DNA of 64,000 bases from Lytechinus pictus (Eukaryota): the NCBI RefSeq assembly GCF_037042905.1, contig NC_087250.1, positions 10,294,001 to 10,358,000 on the forward strand. The letters run 5' to 3'. Made by a program: the position numbers and the translations under genes. Shown piece by piece: positions 44,577 to 58,730 of this stretch; positions within the stretch are counted from its first letter, which is position 1, and each line of letters begins with the position of its first letter. The notes beneath the pieces are model-generated. The model saw only the letters and a list, made by a program, of their open reading frames with translations. It was not told the DNA's origin and did not search any database.

Positions 44577-45250
44577 CGTATAAGGATTACCAATTGCAAT
44601 GTATAAAATCACCGCCAAGCGCATTGCAGAGACCAGAGTGCAGCGTAGTTCGCTCCTGCTACAATCAGCCGCAAGCGCAAGCCAGGCCCAGTGCATAGAT
44701 CACGACCACTGCGTTGCACAGGGCCTGCACTTGTCACCCTCATCGGCATCGCATCATCACCATTCGCAAGTTCATCTCTCTCATAGTTAACCCTCTAATC
44801 TTACAAAACATGATCAAACGCTCTGAACATCATCCACAACAACCATTCTTCACTTCTAACCTTATAAGCAACGATAATCATATATTTACCGCATTAAATC
44901 CAATTATGACGAAAAGTTTCTGCACCACTTTTTACGGAGTCCTCTTCCAGCTCCAGACACCAACTTCGCGTTAATTTGGGCGAATCTTCTCACCCACTCG
45001 GCAAATTCCCACGATCAATTTGCGTAATACAATTTAGAAATACATTTATAGAAATTTGTATGAATTTAAATGGCGTTTCTAATTCTTTAAATATCATAAA
45101 TAATTCTTAAATTCTTGTTAATATTTTAATAATACAAGTTACTACAAGAATATGAAATATTTTAAGAAAAATAATCAAATAACCAGCTGAAAATCGTCCA
45201 CGAAAATCACTTGTGAAATTGGCAACCGCTTGTTTCGGTCCTGAAAAGCA
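44577..45250 (-). other. Putative non-coding first exon of Su(H); 5' boundary unknown
   Basis: CpG-containing non-repetitive stretch ending in a good donor ACG|GTAAGC (44576-44571); lies next to the CSL site cluster. A further acceptor at 41961-41963 may mark another UTR exon. Confidence 0.4.
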
Positions 45251-45418
45251 CACCGTGGGAACTTTACATAGTTGATTATGAGCCGTGGGAATGGCTGTTC
45301 CCATCGAAACTACCCTCCCCCTGGATTAGATAACGGGGTCAGACAAGGGCGACTCGGCCTTTGTTCGCTGCCCTGCAGTTGGTTTCGAACAATGCGATAG
45401 ACCTCCTGTTTTTCCCAT
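44987..45418. promoter_or_regulatory. Cluster of CSL/Su(H) binding motifs in the putative Su(H) promoter
   Basis: CGTGGGAA at 45254-45261 and 45284-45291 (+), TTCCCACG at 45006-45013 (-); relaxed RTGRGAA matches at 44987-44993, 45298-45304 and 45412-45418. Confidence 0.6.
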
Positions 45419-48400
45419 GCCCTACACTGTTGTGTGTCTCGGATTAAAATCTCAAACAAAACATCGCTACCCGTTCTCGAGTTGCCATTACTAAAGATTT
45501 GCAAGGAGGATATGTTTCGACCCCAAAACAACGTTGATCTGGGAATAGCTTACAGTTTATTTCAACATCGAGTAAAAAAAAGTTCATTCCAATGTTGACC
45601 TTGGCTTCCTCAGAGGGGACATGTGGATAAAAAGGCAAATGCCTAATTTGCATACAGATTTCCCAGGCAAGGCTGGTGGACGCGTCCATTATTTTTAGGG
45701 AGAATTATGAACCTGTCGTTTTAAATGAACTTCCCTAATATCAATATTTCTGACTAAAAGAATGATTGCCTGCCTTTAAGTCTTTTAACATTCTTATCCA
45801 TACAGTTCTTTATGAATTATGCAGAACAATATATGTTTTCTATTTTTTAATTTAATTCTGTGGAACCCCATAATCGACTAGTCCATGATTGTGCAGCGAC
45901 CATACCCAGGCACAAAGAAACTTCTTTTACATCTTCAAATTCCCAGTACACAATGGTTTCGGAACTGCGCGACCTAGTTGACAGTCATGTTCAGGGCAAA
46001 TTGAACTTGTGTAAATGGGCGGAGGCGGCCCCTTCGATCAATTCTCTGAAGGAGAAAAAAAATATGGGACATCGTATCAGGCCATTATTGTCAAAAAAAT
46101 GACACCACAGAGATCACGATTTTTGTCACTTTATTCTCCTTTCTTTCTCTCTGATTCTGAATGTGAAAAAAATGTAACAAAAATAATTATTTGTGAGATT
46201 GGAATGATTAAAAATATAAGAACAAAATCCACTAAATATTAATAAATAAAGAAGAAAAACGGATGAAATATAAATGAACAGTAATTAACAGTAATCTTTC
46301 TTATATCAGTATCATTATTATCGTTCATTTAAATACGATATAATTTGATTAAACCACCTTGACGTCAAAATTATAGGGGGCACGTCAGGACGGTGAGGGG
46401 ATGAGCACCCCCCACCGTATTTCATTTTCTGTTATTTTTTATGATTTATTTGTTTGAGTATTGATTTCTTGATTTCAATGATTTGTTCATTCGTTTTTTA
46501 TTGATTTTTTATGTATTCATTCATTTATTTGTTCTATTATTTATCTATTAATTCATTCATTCAATTACTTGAGCCTTTTTTTTTTTGCTCGGGCAGAAAA
46601 TTACACCACTGCCCCGCACACCCATTTCGAGGAACCATTACTAAATTGGCTTTCCGTTTGTTTTTTTTTAATCATATTTTTACAGGCGTGTTTCAAGAAT
46701 ACATGATCACTAAAATAAAATCAGGTGTCAAATTAAAAAGTTCTATAAGACAATTAAGTCGATAAAAAAGAAAACAGTCATATTATACGGCATGGCTCAT
46801 AGAAGGAATGATGACATCACATGTTGTCTTCTGTCTTATTAATTGGTCTTGTATAAATGACGTCATCTCATCTGTATAGGTTATTTTGCCAACAAATATA
46901 GCACATGCCACCGCCCCTGTCGATAAATCAGTAACTGCAAATAAAAAAAATATAAAAAAAACAGAGGTAGCATTTCTGAGACAGCGGCCTGCCCGGAATA
47001 AACTGTTTCGGTATATCTGCAGACAGGATACACTATAATAAATTTCTCAAAACAACTAGCATTTCCCCCCATTTTATCACGGGGGGGGGGGGGGGCAGTC
47101 AAATGTATTGCTGTACACACGCGTGGCCAAATTATTTCCAAACACCCCCGAGTTTTTCTCTGTGTGCAAAATAATCCCCTACACAAGTTTTCGCAGGCTT
47201 TATATACACATTTTGGCCCCTAAACAAGTTGTTGCCAGAATATGACCCCGGGGAAAAAGCTTGGAGGGAAAATACCCTAAACACGTTTGGCTAGCCTTAA
47301 CAAAAAAAAAAGCTTTTGAAAAAAACATTCCCTAAATTTATACATTTCACCCTGCAATTGACCATTGACCAGTCTTTCAAAACTATACTTTTTTTAATCG
47401 GTGTTTTTGATACCCTTAAAGGGATGGTCCGGGCTGAAAATATTGATATCTTAATACATAGAGTAGAATTCAATGAGCAAAATGCCCCCGGCCCAAATTT
47501 CATCAAAATCGGATAACAAATAATAAAATTATTGAAGTTTAAAGTTTAGCAATTTGACTTATTAATTAGGTGGGCTGATGATGTCACATCCCCATTTTCC
47601 GTTTTCTTATGTTATTACATAAAATCATAAATTTTTCATTATTTCATACTTGTGTGAATAATATGTCTCCCTTAAAATGAAATAAGTTGCAGCAATGAAT
47701 ATTAGTGCATTATTGCTGCAAGAATTGTCAATCCAATTTTTCTAGTTCTTGGAGGAAAAAATTTGAATAAACCTAATTTCATATACTAAAATACAAAAGA
47801 ACAAGTGTGGATGTGACATCATCATCATTAATATTTGACACTGGAAAAAAAATGAATATGTTGAATTTATTGTAGAAGCTTATTCGTAATGTATAATTAT
47901 TATTATCTATAATTATGTATTGGAAGATGTCTGATGTTGTGTTTTATTGTAACACTTAAGAAAAATAGTGTTAAATTTATGAGTTGTCAAGGTGTTAATG
48001 AATTTGTAAAGACATCAAACTTCTATTTGTTTGTTTTTTTATTTTGTATATGAATTGAAGTTGTCATTAAAAAATACTTAATACAAAAAAACTTTACTGG
48101 GGTGGACTTGACCTTTAAACATCGGTACTATAATTCTCGTCATCGAACTTCATAATGGGATTGCTCCTAAACTGTATACCGCCATCTCGTGTTGAAGATT
48201 CTAAATCATCTCAGTTTTACGATCGATGATTGCTTTGTTTTTTTCCGTGTGGAGATCTCAATGGTGTCGGGTGAATCATAGAGATATATTACTAATTTGA
48301 TTTCAATACACTACTGGGACGATGGAACAGGATATTATTTTATTTCGGGGGGGGGGGGGGTAGAGATAAAAAAAAATCCTAAACAAAAGCTCATTTTATT

Positions 48401-49764
48401 AAATACTCCAGGCTGACAATATTCATATTCAATAAATATAAATAGAGTAAAATTCACAAAGCAAAATGCGGAAAATTTGATCAAAATCGGATAACAAATA
48501 AAACAAAGTTATTGGATATTTAAGATTTGCATTATTCCGGTGAAACAGTTCTTGGCATGTCTTCGTAAATATTCAGTGAGCAAAATGACGATGTCATATC
48601 CCCAATTGTTCTTTTGTATTTTGAAGTTAGGTTTATTCAAATTGTTTTTCTACCAAGCACTAAATCAATTGGATTGACAACTGATTAAGTGCATTAGTTA
48701 TTTATTGCTGCAACTTATGATAATGGAGACACTTTATTAACACAGTCATGTAAGAGAAAATGAAACAATTATAATTTCATGTGATAACATAAGAAAAAGG
48801 AATGTGGGGATGTGACATCATCAGCCCACCTAATGAATATTCATGATGACGTGCATATTAACTGTTTTCACAATAATATCGCTAAACTTTAAATTTCAAT
48901 AACTGCGTTATTTGTTATCCGAATTTGATGAAAATTGAAGCATTTTGCTTTGTGAATTTTACTCTCTTTGAAATATTTTCAGCCCGGAGTATCCCTATCG
49001 GGGGGGGGGGGCAGTGCTGTAACCTACCCCGAAAATACCTGGGAGGGGTCCCATTGCCCCAGCATAGTTCAATTACTAGTACAATAGAAATAGGTTTATC
49101 CACCAGCACTCTTGGTTTTTTTTAAGGGGGGTATGCGATTTTTTCCCCATTTTGTTTGGCATTCCTTTAGCAACCAATCCCCATCCCCCTTGATGAAGTG
49201 AGTAAACTGTTACCCCATTAATAATGTCTTCTCTAAGAAATTGTTTACAGTTCACATTTTCTCTGAAGTTTGACAAGCACCAACAAAGGAGAAAAGAAGA
49301 AGACAAAATAATGATCAAGGAAAGTTCACAAATCTACAATGGGGGGGGGGGGGGGGGGTCATTATTTTCCATCCATTGGGGAACTTAATCATATTAAGTC
49401 CTTTGGAATCACAATGAGACGTTAAATGGTATGTGATACATGTTATATAACAACTGAATATTGTTATTAATCTTATCAAGTGATGGGGGGGGGGCAAACA
49501 ATAACCCAAATTTTAAAATTTTAAATTTGTGTCGTCAAAGATAAGCAGCGCATTTTTACCTTTTGTGATAGAAATTATCAAAATGCCACTTTCTAACAAA
49601 AATTGAATTTATGCAGGGGAAATATTCTGTCACATAGTCAGTCGCTTTGATAAGAAAAATGTTTTAATTCATCATGCTCCATTATTAATCAAAATTGGAA
49701 TTCATGGAATTTATATTACATGATTTATGGGGGAGTTGCTCGCATAATGACATCACAAATTTAA

Positions 49765-50351
49765 AGGACAAGTCCAACCCAACAAAAAGTTGATTTGAAT
49801 AAATAGATACAAATCCAACAAGCATAACACTTAAAATTTTATCAAAATCGGATGTAAAATAAGAAAGTTATGACATTTTAGAGTTTCGCTCAATTTCACA
49901 AAACAGTTTATGCACATCCGGTCGATATGCAAATGAGGGGACCGATGACATCACTCACTCACTATTTCTTTTGTATTCTATGATATGAAATACGAAATAT
50001 TCTCCTCATCATCCCGTGAAACAAAGTTACATTTTCCCCTGAACATGTGGAATTACCAATGTTTAACATTCTATGGTTAAAGTTGGTCCTTATTGTCAAA
50101 TCTGTAAAAATTGAAATGTGTATAATTCAAATAATTAAAAACAAAAGAAATAGTGAGAGAGGGACATCATCGACTCTGTCGTTTGCATGTGACTACATTG
50201 TGCATATAACTATTTAAAAAAAAAAACGGAACTTCGAAATGTCATGACTTTCTTATTTTACATCCGATTTTGATGAAATTTTCAGCATAATGCTTGTCTG
50301 ATTTTTTTCTATTGATTCAGATGAACAGTTTTCTGGGGGTGGACTTGACTT
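49765..50351. mobile_element. Kolobok-like MITE, TTAA TSD
   Basis: AGGACAAGTCCA...TGGACTTGACT termini with TTAA flanks. Confidence 0.8.
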
Positions 50352-53300
50352 TTAACAAAATTGGGATTCATGAAATTCATATTACATGATTCATGGGGAG
50401 CTGCTCTATATGTCACTGACATCACAAATTTAAGGGGGGGGGGAAATGAATTCATATCCCCCTTACTCATTGATGGATTTCCATCAAAATTTCATCGACA
50501 TTTTTTCTCCAAAGTTCTCAAATTTTGTTTAACTAAATTATAAAATGGGTGAACTTCCTGTTTTATGCTTCCAGAAGCTAAACAGATGGGGGGGGGGTGG
50601 GGTGAGCATGTGTACATCCACAAATGACATCAAATGCTTCAGACAAAATCAAGTTGATATACCTTTCCTCTGTTTAATCAAAATTATTGTAATGCTTGAA
50701 ATGGATACAATTTCACATCCTCTTCATAATACATGATACCTACATTGATGGAGAATGGCAGTTAAATATATATATATAAAAAATGAGCAAGAATACACAG
50801 ATTATATAATTTCTTTAAATAAAATGGAAAAGCTACAGTACAAGGTCTGATTAAAAATATATATTAAATACATTACAAGGTCATATTAAACACCCTCCTA
50901 CATAGTGACTTACACGACTAATAAATAATGCTGGGTTCAAACAAGATGGTGTCCCATGTTAACATACAACTGAGTACTTCAAAGTATACATTATATAAAA
51001 TCATAGGGTGCTATTCTGATAATCAAACATTTAACCCCAGACTAGAACAAGAGTTTTAGTTCAAACTCTGACCTCTACGGAAAAGCTTATTTGAAATTTT
51101 CACTTCTTTAACTTTACTATTTGTATAAAAAAAATGTGCAAGATAATAATATAAAATGAACTGTATACCCACAGTATCACATACTTTTCATTTTACGGCA
51201 TGATCAATTTTCTGGACAATTTTTTTGGCCGCAGAATTGGAATAATATAATAATTAGTAAAGGAGTTGATAACTGGCACTCTATAAAAGTGTAGTCGAAG
51301 TTTCATGTCATTGATGTGTTATAAACTGAGAATTTAAGTGCAATTTTTAGTCACTCAAATCTTTGTGAAACACTCCCCCGGGCATTCATACCCAAAATCC
51401 TGTCCAATATTGACGATTTCAAGCTTTTCGACGCAATCCCTGACGTTTACTCCACAAACGCATATTTTGGCAAAAGAAAATGAATTAAAAAAAAATGTTT
51501 TTGCAGAGGCAATGGTAAAAAGCATTTTTCCACACAATTAAGTGTTGGCAATTTGTCACCTATCCCATACAGCTGCAAAATAGAAATCATTTCTGTTTGT
51601 GTGTGTTTAATGCTCCGTGTCCGTGATCGTTCAGTGACATCGTAAAAAATTGTTGGTGCTAGAATGAGGAAATTTGATCACACTGCGTTAGTTAGTAACA
51701 ATGTGAAAATGAAGCAAGGTGATAAAATATCATAATGCCTCTGGTGACAAAAGGGCATAACTACCATTTGAAAATGAGTAACATGTAGATAGTTTACAAT
51801 ACTCAGTAAGTCATAATTAACAAGGAGAGCGATACAAAATAACGGAAATAAGCCCTTTTGTTTCATAATCCACATGTTAAAAGTACACGCCACCAACATC
51901 TTCATGTAAGTAGTAAAGCCCATGATTTCCCACAATGTCTCAAAAACACTAAAATGTCAGTTATGCCCTTTGTCATGGGGGCAGTTTAGGTGGCAATAAA
52001 AAATTATATTAGAAAAATATATCCTTGATTAAGTCCTATAAGGAAGGATGTGCATTATTACCTTCATACAAAACAATAAACAAAATCAATTCATTTCAAA
52101 TGCCTGAATTACATGTAGGTGGGGATTTCAAACTTGGTAGCATGATTAAATATATGTCCACTCCATTCCTGGAAAAAAAAATTCTCTGTTGAGGCTTATT
52201 AAGAGAGCATCTAGTTACTTGAACCCAAAATGGAGTGGCTCTCAAATTTGACTTCATAGGGAAACTAAATTTATATACCACAAAATATAGAGACTGAGTA
52301 GATTTGTGAGTGAATCTCTGAGTGAAATGAAAAAAAAAAATCAAATTTGAATCTGAACAATTTTGTATCCAACAAACCTCACATTGATATAAATGACTAT
52401 GAACAGAATGATACTACATGTACATGGCAATACATCCCTTAATATCTAACCCATTCATTGACCATATTAGAACAAAAAAAAAATCATGTTTTCAAAATGT
52501 GGGCGCACCCATGAGAAAGTACATCAGGTTTCTAGGTAATGTTTTCTGTGTTCATCACAATAATCATTTTGGGCTCACAGGTCAACATTTAGAAAATTTA
52601 CTAATATGAGATGAAAAAGAGAGCAAGTCCTTCTATATGTATGCATGTACACATAACTTCGGTCACGATATAAAACTCCATGAAGGCAGTTAACAAGGGA
52701 ATACATGAACATGATAAATTATGCTGCATAAAATGAAAATAAAGATGATACAATATTCAAATTTTTGTTAAATATTAATATACTTCATGTGAAGTGTATT
52801 TGAAGAAATAAATTCATATTCAAATAGAAGTACATTCATGCAGTTTGGATATTTACCAAATAAACTGGCATCTTTCAAAAGATTTGTTTTATCGGACGAT
52901 ACTTCAGGTTTACCGATACCCACAATATATTTTTTTTCCTGAACATCAAACACATTGAGGTCATTGTCGACTGTCGAGTAGCACATGTAAATGTTTATTC
53001 GTGGGGACTTTTTCACAAAGATGTTTATAAAAAGTTACGAATGACTATACAAACTGGAATACAGCGAGCCAAGTAAAAAAATACATTTTATTATCCCTAG
53101 TGTGCGAACCCTTCTCTTGAGTCAAGGGTCTGAATGTGCAGCATACAATGCCTTGTGTACTGAAGGCCCTCTCGCTTGAAACGGTGTTGAGTTATGTTCT
53201 AGTCTTTGGTGAAGACCCGCTTGTTGATCAAATTTTCAATCAGGGTCTGTGCCCGCAGACTAGCTCACATCATATTCCTGTCATTTATGAACTCATTCAT

Positions 53301-54603
53301 GAAGTCAATCGCAACTTGACAAACAGCTCTGCGAAATACCCCCTTGGCCCCGTTTTACAAAGACTTACGATTGATCCTCTCAACCACAACTATGGAAAAC
53401 CAGCAACGTCACCATCTACAATGGACATACACGTGCGTTCAAAATATTTTCTAGATATGACGTATATTCATACGATCATTGTTTTCTTGAAAATTCATTG
53501 AGCTTCTCTTTGTTTTCAAAGGACATCTATAGGGCAAATTTTCTAAAGAAAAAAAAAATGACACTGATGGATTTCCATACAATTAAGGTTGATTGGACCA
53601 ATCATACCTCATTGTAAGACAAGGCCCTGGTTCGATTCATCAACCAAATATTTTTTTATTTCTATGTTCATACCATTATGGCAAATTTGGTGAATTCAAT
53701 CATGTCATAATTATCATATTTTCGACAGACACCATAAATACATCCAATTCCATCTAACGGTTAATGCTACCTTCTTACGCTACAACCTGTGGTGAACAAT
53801 ACTGACAAATACTATAACTTGGAATGGTGGATTAATACAGAAAAGGCACAACACAGATTCCATTAAAAAAACCAATAAAAAGAAGAGTTGTATGGATTTT
53901 GAATACATATAATAACAGTCAAACTCGTCTATTGACAAACTGACTATAATGAAAACTTGTCTTTAACGGCCCAAAAATTGTCTCCCAATTATAAATATAA
54001 ATATGTGTTTAAAGAACCAGTCTATGAAGGTCTTCAGTGGCCACTTTCTGTGTTTCCTCTTGAATAAACTTAATAGACAGGTTTAACTGTAAATTGCTTG
54101 AAGATACTGTTTCAATATATTATTAAGCAATGGATAAATGAAAAAGCAGAATAGGATTATCATAACACTTTAATCGAGCCCATAATGTTGATTGAAGCTG
54201 CATACATTTATGAAGATATAATATCTCTTCCCTTTTTCAAATTCTTTTTTTTTTTTAACAAATCATTATTAAGCAAAATATTGTTAGTTGAACTCTAAAT
54301 AATGAAGTAAAATCTGTATGAAAATACACATCTGAAACTATAAACAAAAAATCACCACAAAATAATTTCAAAGCACACGTCGGAGCTGAAAGAGCTACAA
54401 TAAACACAAGAACTACATCAATGAATGAATGTGTCTTTGCATGTCACACAATATCAACAATTTAACTGATTGTTTTGCAGGGAAAAGGGGCTAGGATTTT
54501 GAATCACAAGGTCTAGGGTTCAAATCCACCACAGCACCGTCATCCTCTGGTAAGGTCTTTATGTACATTTCCCACTCTGTAGTACATGTCTTATAGACAA
54601 CTT

Positions 54604-54761
54604 GGGCCCGTTTCATAAAGGACTTGCAACTGTTGTAACTTTGCCTTAATGGTAACTACCATGGAAACCTTAATTTTGATTGGCTGCTGAGCCCTGTTGT
54701 CAGGGAAGTTGCCATAAAGGCAAAGTTACGACAGTTGTAAGTCCTTTATGAAACGGGCCCC
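54604..54761. mobile_element. Short palindromic Harbinger-like MITE
   Basis: GGGCCCGTTTCATAAAGGACTT...AAGTCCTTTATGAAACGGGCCC. Confidence 0.8.
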
Positions 54762-55572
54762 TGGTAGGAAAGCATTCCTTGAATGCTTAAGCATCTATTC
54801 AGGGTAGCTGAGCTTAGCTGGGGTAATCTAGACCAAAAGCTTCGGTCTCTGTTATGTTGGTTGTTCAGCTGAACTCCGTTGGCTTCACTCACCAAATACA
54901 GAGACCGAAGTTCTAGCGCGATCTGTACAGGGGACTCAATGGCCATATGTTTATGTACTTAAGATCGGATAAAACGGGGAAGTGAATTTGCGCGACAGCC
55001 GAGGTAAGTCACTGTTTTTGTTCCTTTTAACTCGATTTTTCACCGTTTCTTGGCAATTAATGCCAAGAGGGAATATCAATTTGCATTTTGGTCGCATTAA
55101 TTTTCAAAATGTTTATTGATTAAAGACAAAAATTGAAGAGCCCCGACGGGGGGATTTTGCATTGCAAGTCCCCTAATGGTGGCTGCACGCTAGCGAGCCG
55201 TCTGTGTATGAGGAGAACTTAAAAAAAAAAAATGTTAAAAAACTCCTCAAAACAGACGGCTGCCAGCTGTCTAGGGTAATCATGCTGCAACACATATAAA
55301 CATTGTCTTAAATAAATGTTGCATTATCATTATTACAATTATCATGATGTCCAAAAAAGTGATTTGACATTATACATTTTCAGATTAAAAGCAGGGGAAG
55401 TATATGTCACACCATCTTTTCAAACTTCCAACATTTAAATCATGACACCATTCCCATTCAATACAACTAATTACAGTTCAGTGTCTCATGTATATGTACT
55501 TGGTCTATAGTGAAATGAGAGTGAAAAAAAATTGTCAATGATTACAGAAAAAACAAAAACAGACCGTTCCGG

Positions 55573-56028
55573 AATGCTAGTGGCCCTGTAGGCTTTTGCA
55601 CTTGGTGATGATTAAAAAATGAAGAAAAAAAAAATCAAACATGACCTATATGTATGTATAAAAATGCAGCTTATATGTCATTCGCTTTTTCTGAAATTTA
55701 CGGATCATTACCAAAACCATTTGATTTATAATTCTATTATTGATTACAAAATATAAAAAGGCTGGCTTACAAAGACCTTTACAATTTTTTCAATTTAAAC
55801 AATGCTTGTGGCCCTGTAGGCTTTTGCACTTGGTGATGATTAAAAAATGAAAAAAAAAAATCAAACATGACCTTTATGTATGTATAAAAATGCAGCTTAT
55901 ATGTCATTCGCTTTTTCTGAAATTTACGGATCATTACCAAAACCATTTGAATTATAATTCTATTATTGATTACAAAATATAAAAAGGCTGGCTAACAAAG
56001 ACCTTTACAATTTTTTTAATTTAAACAA
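55573..56028. repeat. ~228-bp near-identical tandem duplication
   Basis: gtggccctgtaggcttttgcacttgg at 55580 and 55808. Confidence 0.95.
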
Positions 56029-56932
56029 ATAAAAGTCACCTAAGCAAGACCAAACTACATTTGTATGTGTAATAGCATCTCCTTTCATAGATCTGTAAAA
56101 TAATGTGTCCTGCTTATAATAGCCCATAACAATAATGATAAAAAAAAAACAATCATGAAATTTTAGGCATGTTCAGACTTTGTTCCAATCTTTAAGAAAA
56201 GCGTAATCTCTAAATAAAATTCTCAACATTTCTGATCGAAAAATAGCCCTGATTTTGGTCTAAATTAGGAAAGAAATTCATAAATCCCATAAAGGTGTGT
56301 ATAGCAAAAATTATTTCGAAAAATAGGAAAATCCTATCTAAAGCAATATTTGCATGTAGCTCTGTGAACTGTACGATTGTATGTACCATGAATGTACAAA
56401 TTACAATTCCCTGCTTATCCCCAATAGTCCATTAGCATTATGAAAAAAAAAAATGGGTAAAAATCAAATTCATCTTTATTCATTTACTGTTCTTTTCATA
56501 CATGTAGTTAACATTGCCCATCAAATAAAATGATAAACTAATATATATTTAAAAAAAATTACCCATATCAATGAAAGAAAAACTAGCTGGTACTGGCATG
56601 GATATAAAGCAAGACTGAAACATGTATCACAAGTACCTGTCCAAAAAACTCCACCTGCTCAAAGAGACCGCTATTCATGTCTCCCTTGGGAGGTCTTATA
56701 TGTAGCTTTGACTGTAGTTCAAATAAAGAAAATGAATACCACTACAGACCATTTATGTCAATGCAATACAAAATACAATGCTAAAGGTGATATTACATTG
56801 GAATGCTTACAAGCTCAAATACACGTATTAACAGTAACACACAAGTACATTGTCATTACGCAGGGGTCATCTGCACTGTCTTGGAAATACTGTACTGGCC
56901 TAAATGTATTTATATGAACATGAAGCCATGTT

Positions 56933-57349
56933 CCTACTGGAAAAAACACACTGTTCCACAGTGTGTTCACAGTGTGGAACACAATGTAAAATCACCTTCA
57001 CACTGTTGAATTTGAGCATTTCAAGTTTTCAACAGTGTGAATCACAGATTTCACATAGTCCACTGTGTGAACATGCTGTGAACACTGAACAGTTACGCTG
57101 TCGAGGTGTCCACAGTGTGAAAATATCTTCGAACTGTTGAATGAGCATTTCAACAGTGTGAACACACAGTCGACCGTGTGAACACGCTGCAAACAGTCAC
57201 ACCGTCGAGGTGTCCACAGTATGAAAATATCTTCACACTGTTAAATTTGAGCATTTTAACAGTGTGAAATTGTGAATGATACTTTCACATAGTCCACAAT
57301 GTGAACAAACTGTGTTCACACGACATGACAGTGTGTTCTTTCCAGCAGG
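56933..57349. mobile_element. MITE with internal CACAGTGTGAA repeats (CMC-like)
   Basis: CCTACTGGAAAAAACACACTG / CAGTGTGTTCTTTCCAGCAGG termini. Confidence 0.6.
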
Positions 57350-58730
57350 GGCGAGTGTGATTGCAATATATGTACATGAACACGCCTGTGTAACATATAT
57401 TCAAATTCAATTGATCTCTGTCATTAGGAACAGTCTCCCTCGTGTGGAATTTCGAAATTTCAGACAACTTGAATTGTACAAATATCACCAAGCTTTTAGA
57501 GCCCCCGGAATACATTTCATTGTTTATAAAAAGCAAAATGTTCTACTGCTTGTTCCCTCAGAGAGATGGAAATTAATACATATGGGTAATTCCATAGGTT
57601 GGTGGACATGAGCTCAATGTGTCTTTGTACATACAGCCCATCAGAACCGTAACGTGAGTAACCACTTTATCTGCACCCCTAGTAAAAACCATGTGTTCTT
57701 TATTTTTTTAATTATATACAAATTTGTCTCCCTAATATACTTTTTTGAAATGGATATAATCAACTTTCCTAAACGCCTTGCATGAGGACACTTTTCACTT
57801 ATGTCCACTTTTCATTTTATGCATGTCCAAATCATGTAACGTGAGTAACCGACACATTTCAAATATTTGCCAGGAGCATAATGAAATTTCCCAAGTTTTG
57901 TTTTTATACAAAGGATAGTCAGACTGCATACTATGTTGTAATAAAGAGATTTTTAGTTCCTATCAATAATTATGGAGTTACAGCTCCAAGTATGAGTCAA
58001 GGTGTCTCCAAATGTAATGTGGGTAACCGTGGAATAGCCCATATAATGTACCTGGAATACAAAAAATGTAGAGCAATGATCAACCACAATTCAACACCCA
58101 TGATAAATAAAAGTACAGTTAAAGCTGAATACATGTACATTACACCAAAATCAATACACACAATGTGTGTAAATAATAGTTTTGAGTATAAATAGCATCT
58201 GTTCATACACGTACATGCATAATTACAAATTGATGTACATGCACATTAATATTGTCAAGACATCTAATTGTCAATATATTGATGATAAGGATAGATTACA
58301 AATTAACAACATAATGTTGATGCTGAATTGCTGATAGAATGCAGTTTGTTTCAAGATGTTATAATGTAACCTGAACATGGAAACAGAGGTGGCATTTTTA
58401 TGTATACTTCAAAAAGCATGAGTCATAGATTTCTTTATGTATTCAGAATAATCTGGGACCTGTTCTTGAAGCAAATTTGAGACTGAAAATTCGAAGAAGA
58501 AAATGGAATATACCACATGCAACTTCAGATTCCAGAGCTCATTTGATTAAGGCTAATATAAAAAAGACCACACTAATCTTAGGTCTATAAAGGCAGACCG
58601 AGTTGTTCTACTAGCACTAGCCTGTTCCATTGGAACTATGGAATGGGTAAACAGACCCAAAACCGGCATGACAGACTCAGACCTTGTCATGCTTCATTTA
58701 AAAACCATCACAAAATCGATATTAAAGAGT

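Noticed and set aside
45284..45304. Canonical Su(H) paired site
   Set aside because: Head-to-head spacing is 6 bp rather than the 15-17 bp needed for cooperative dimers.
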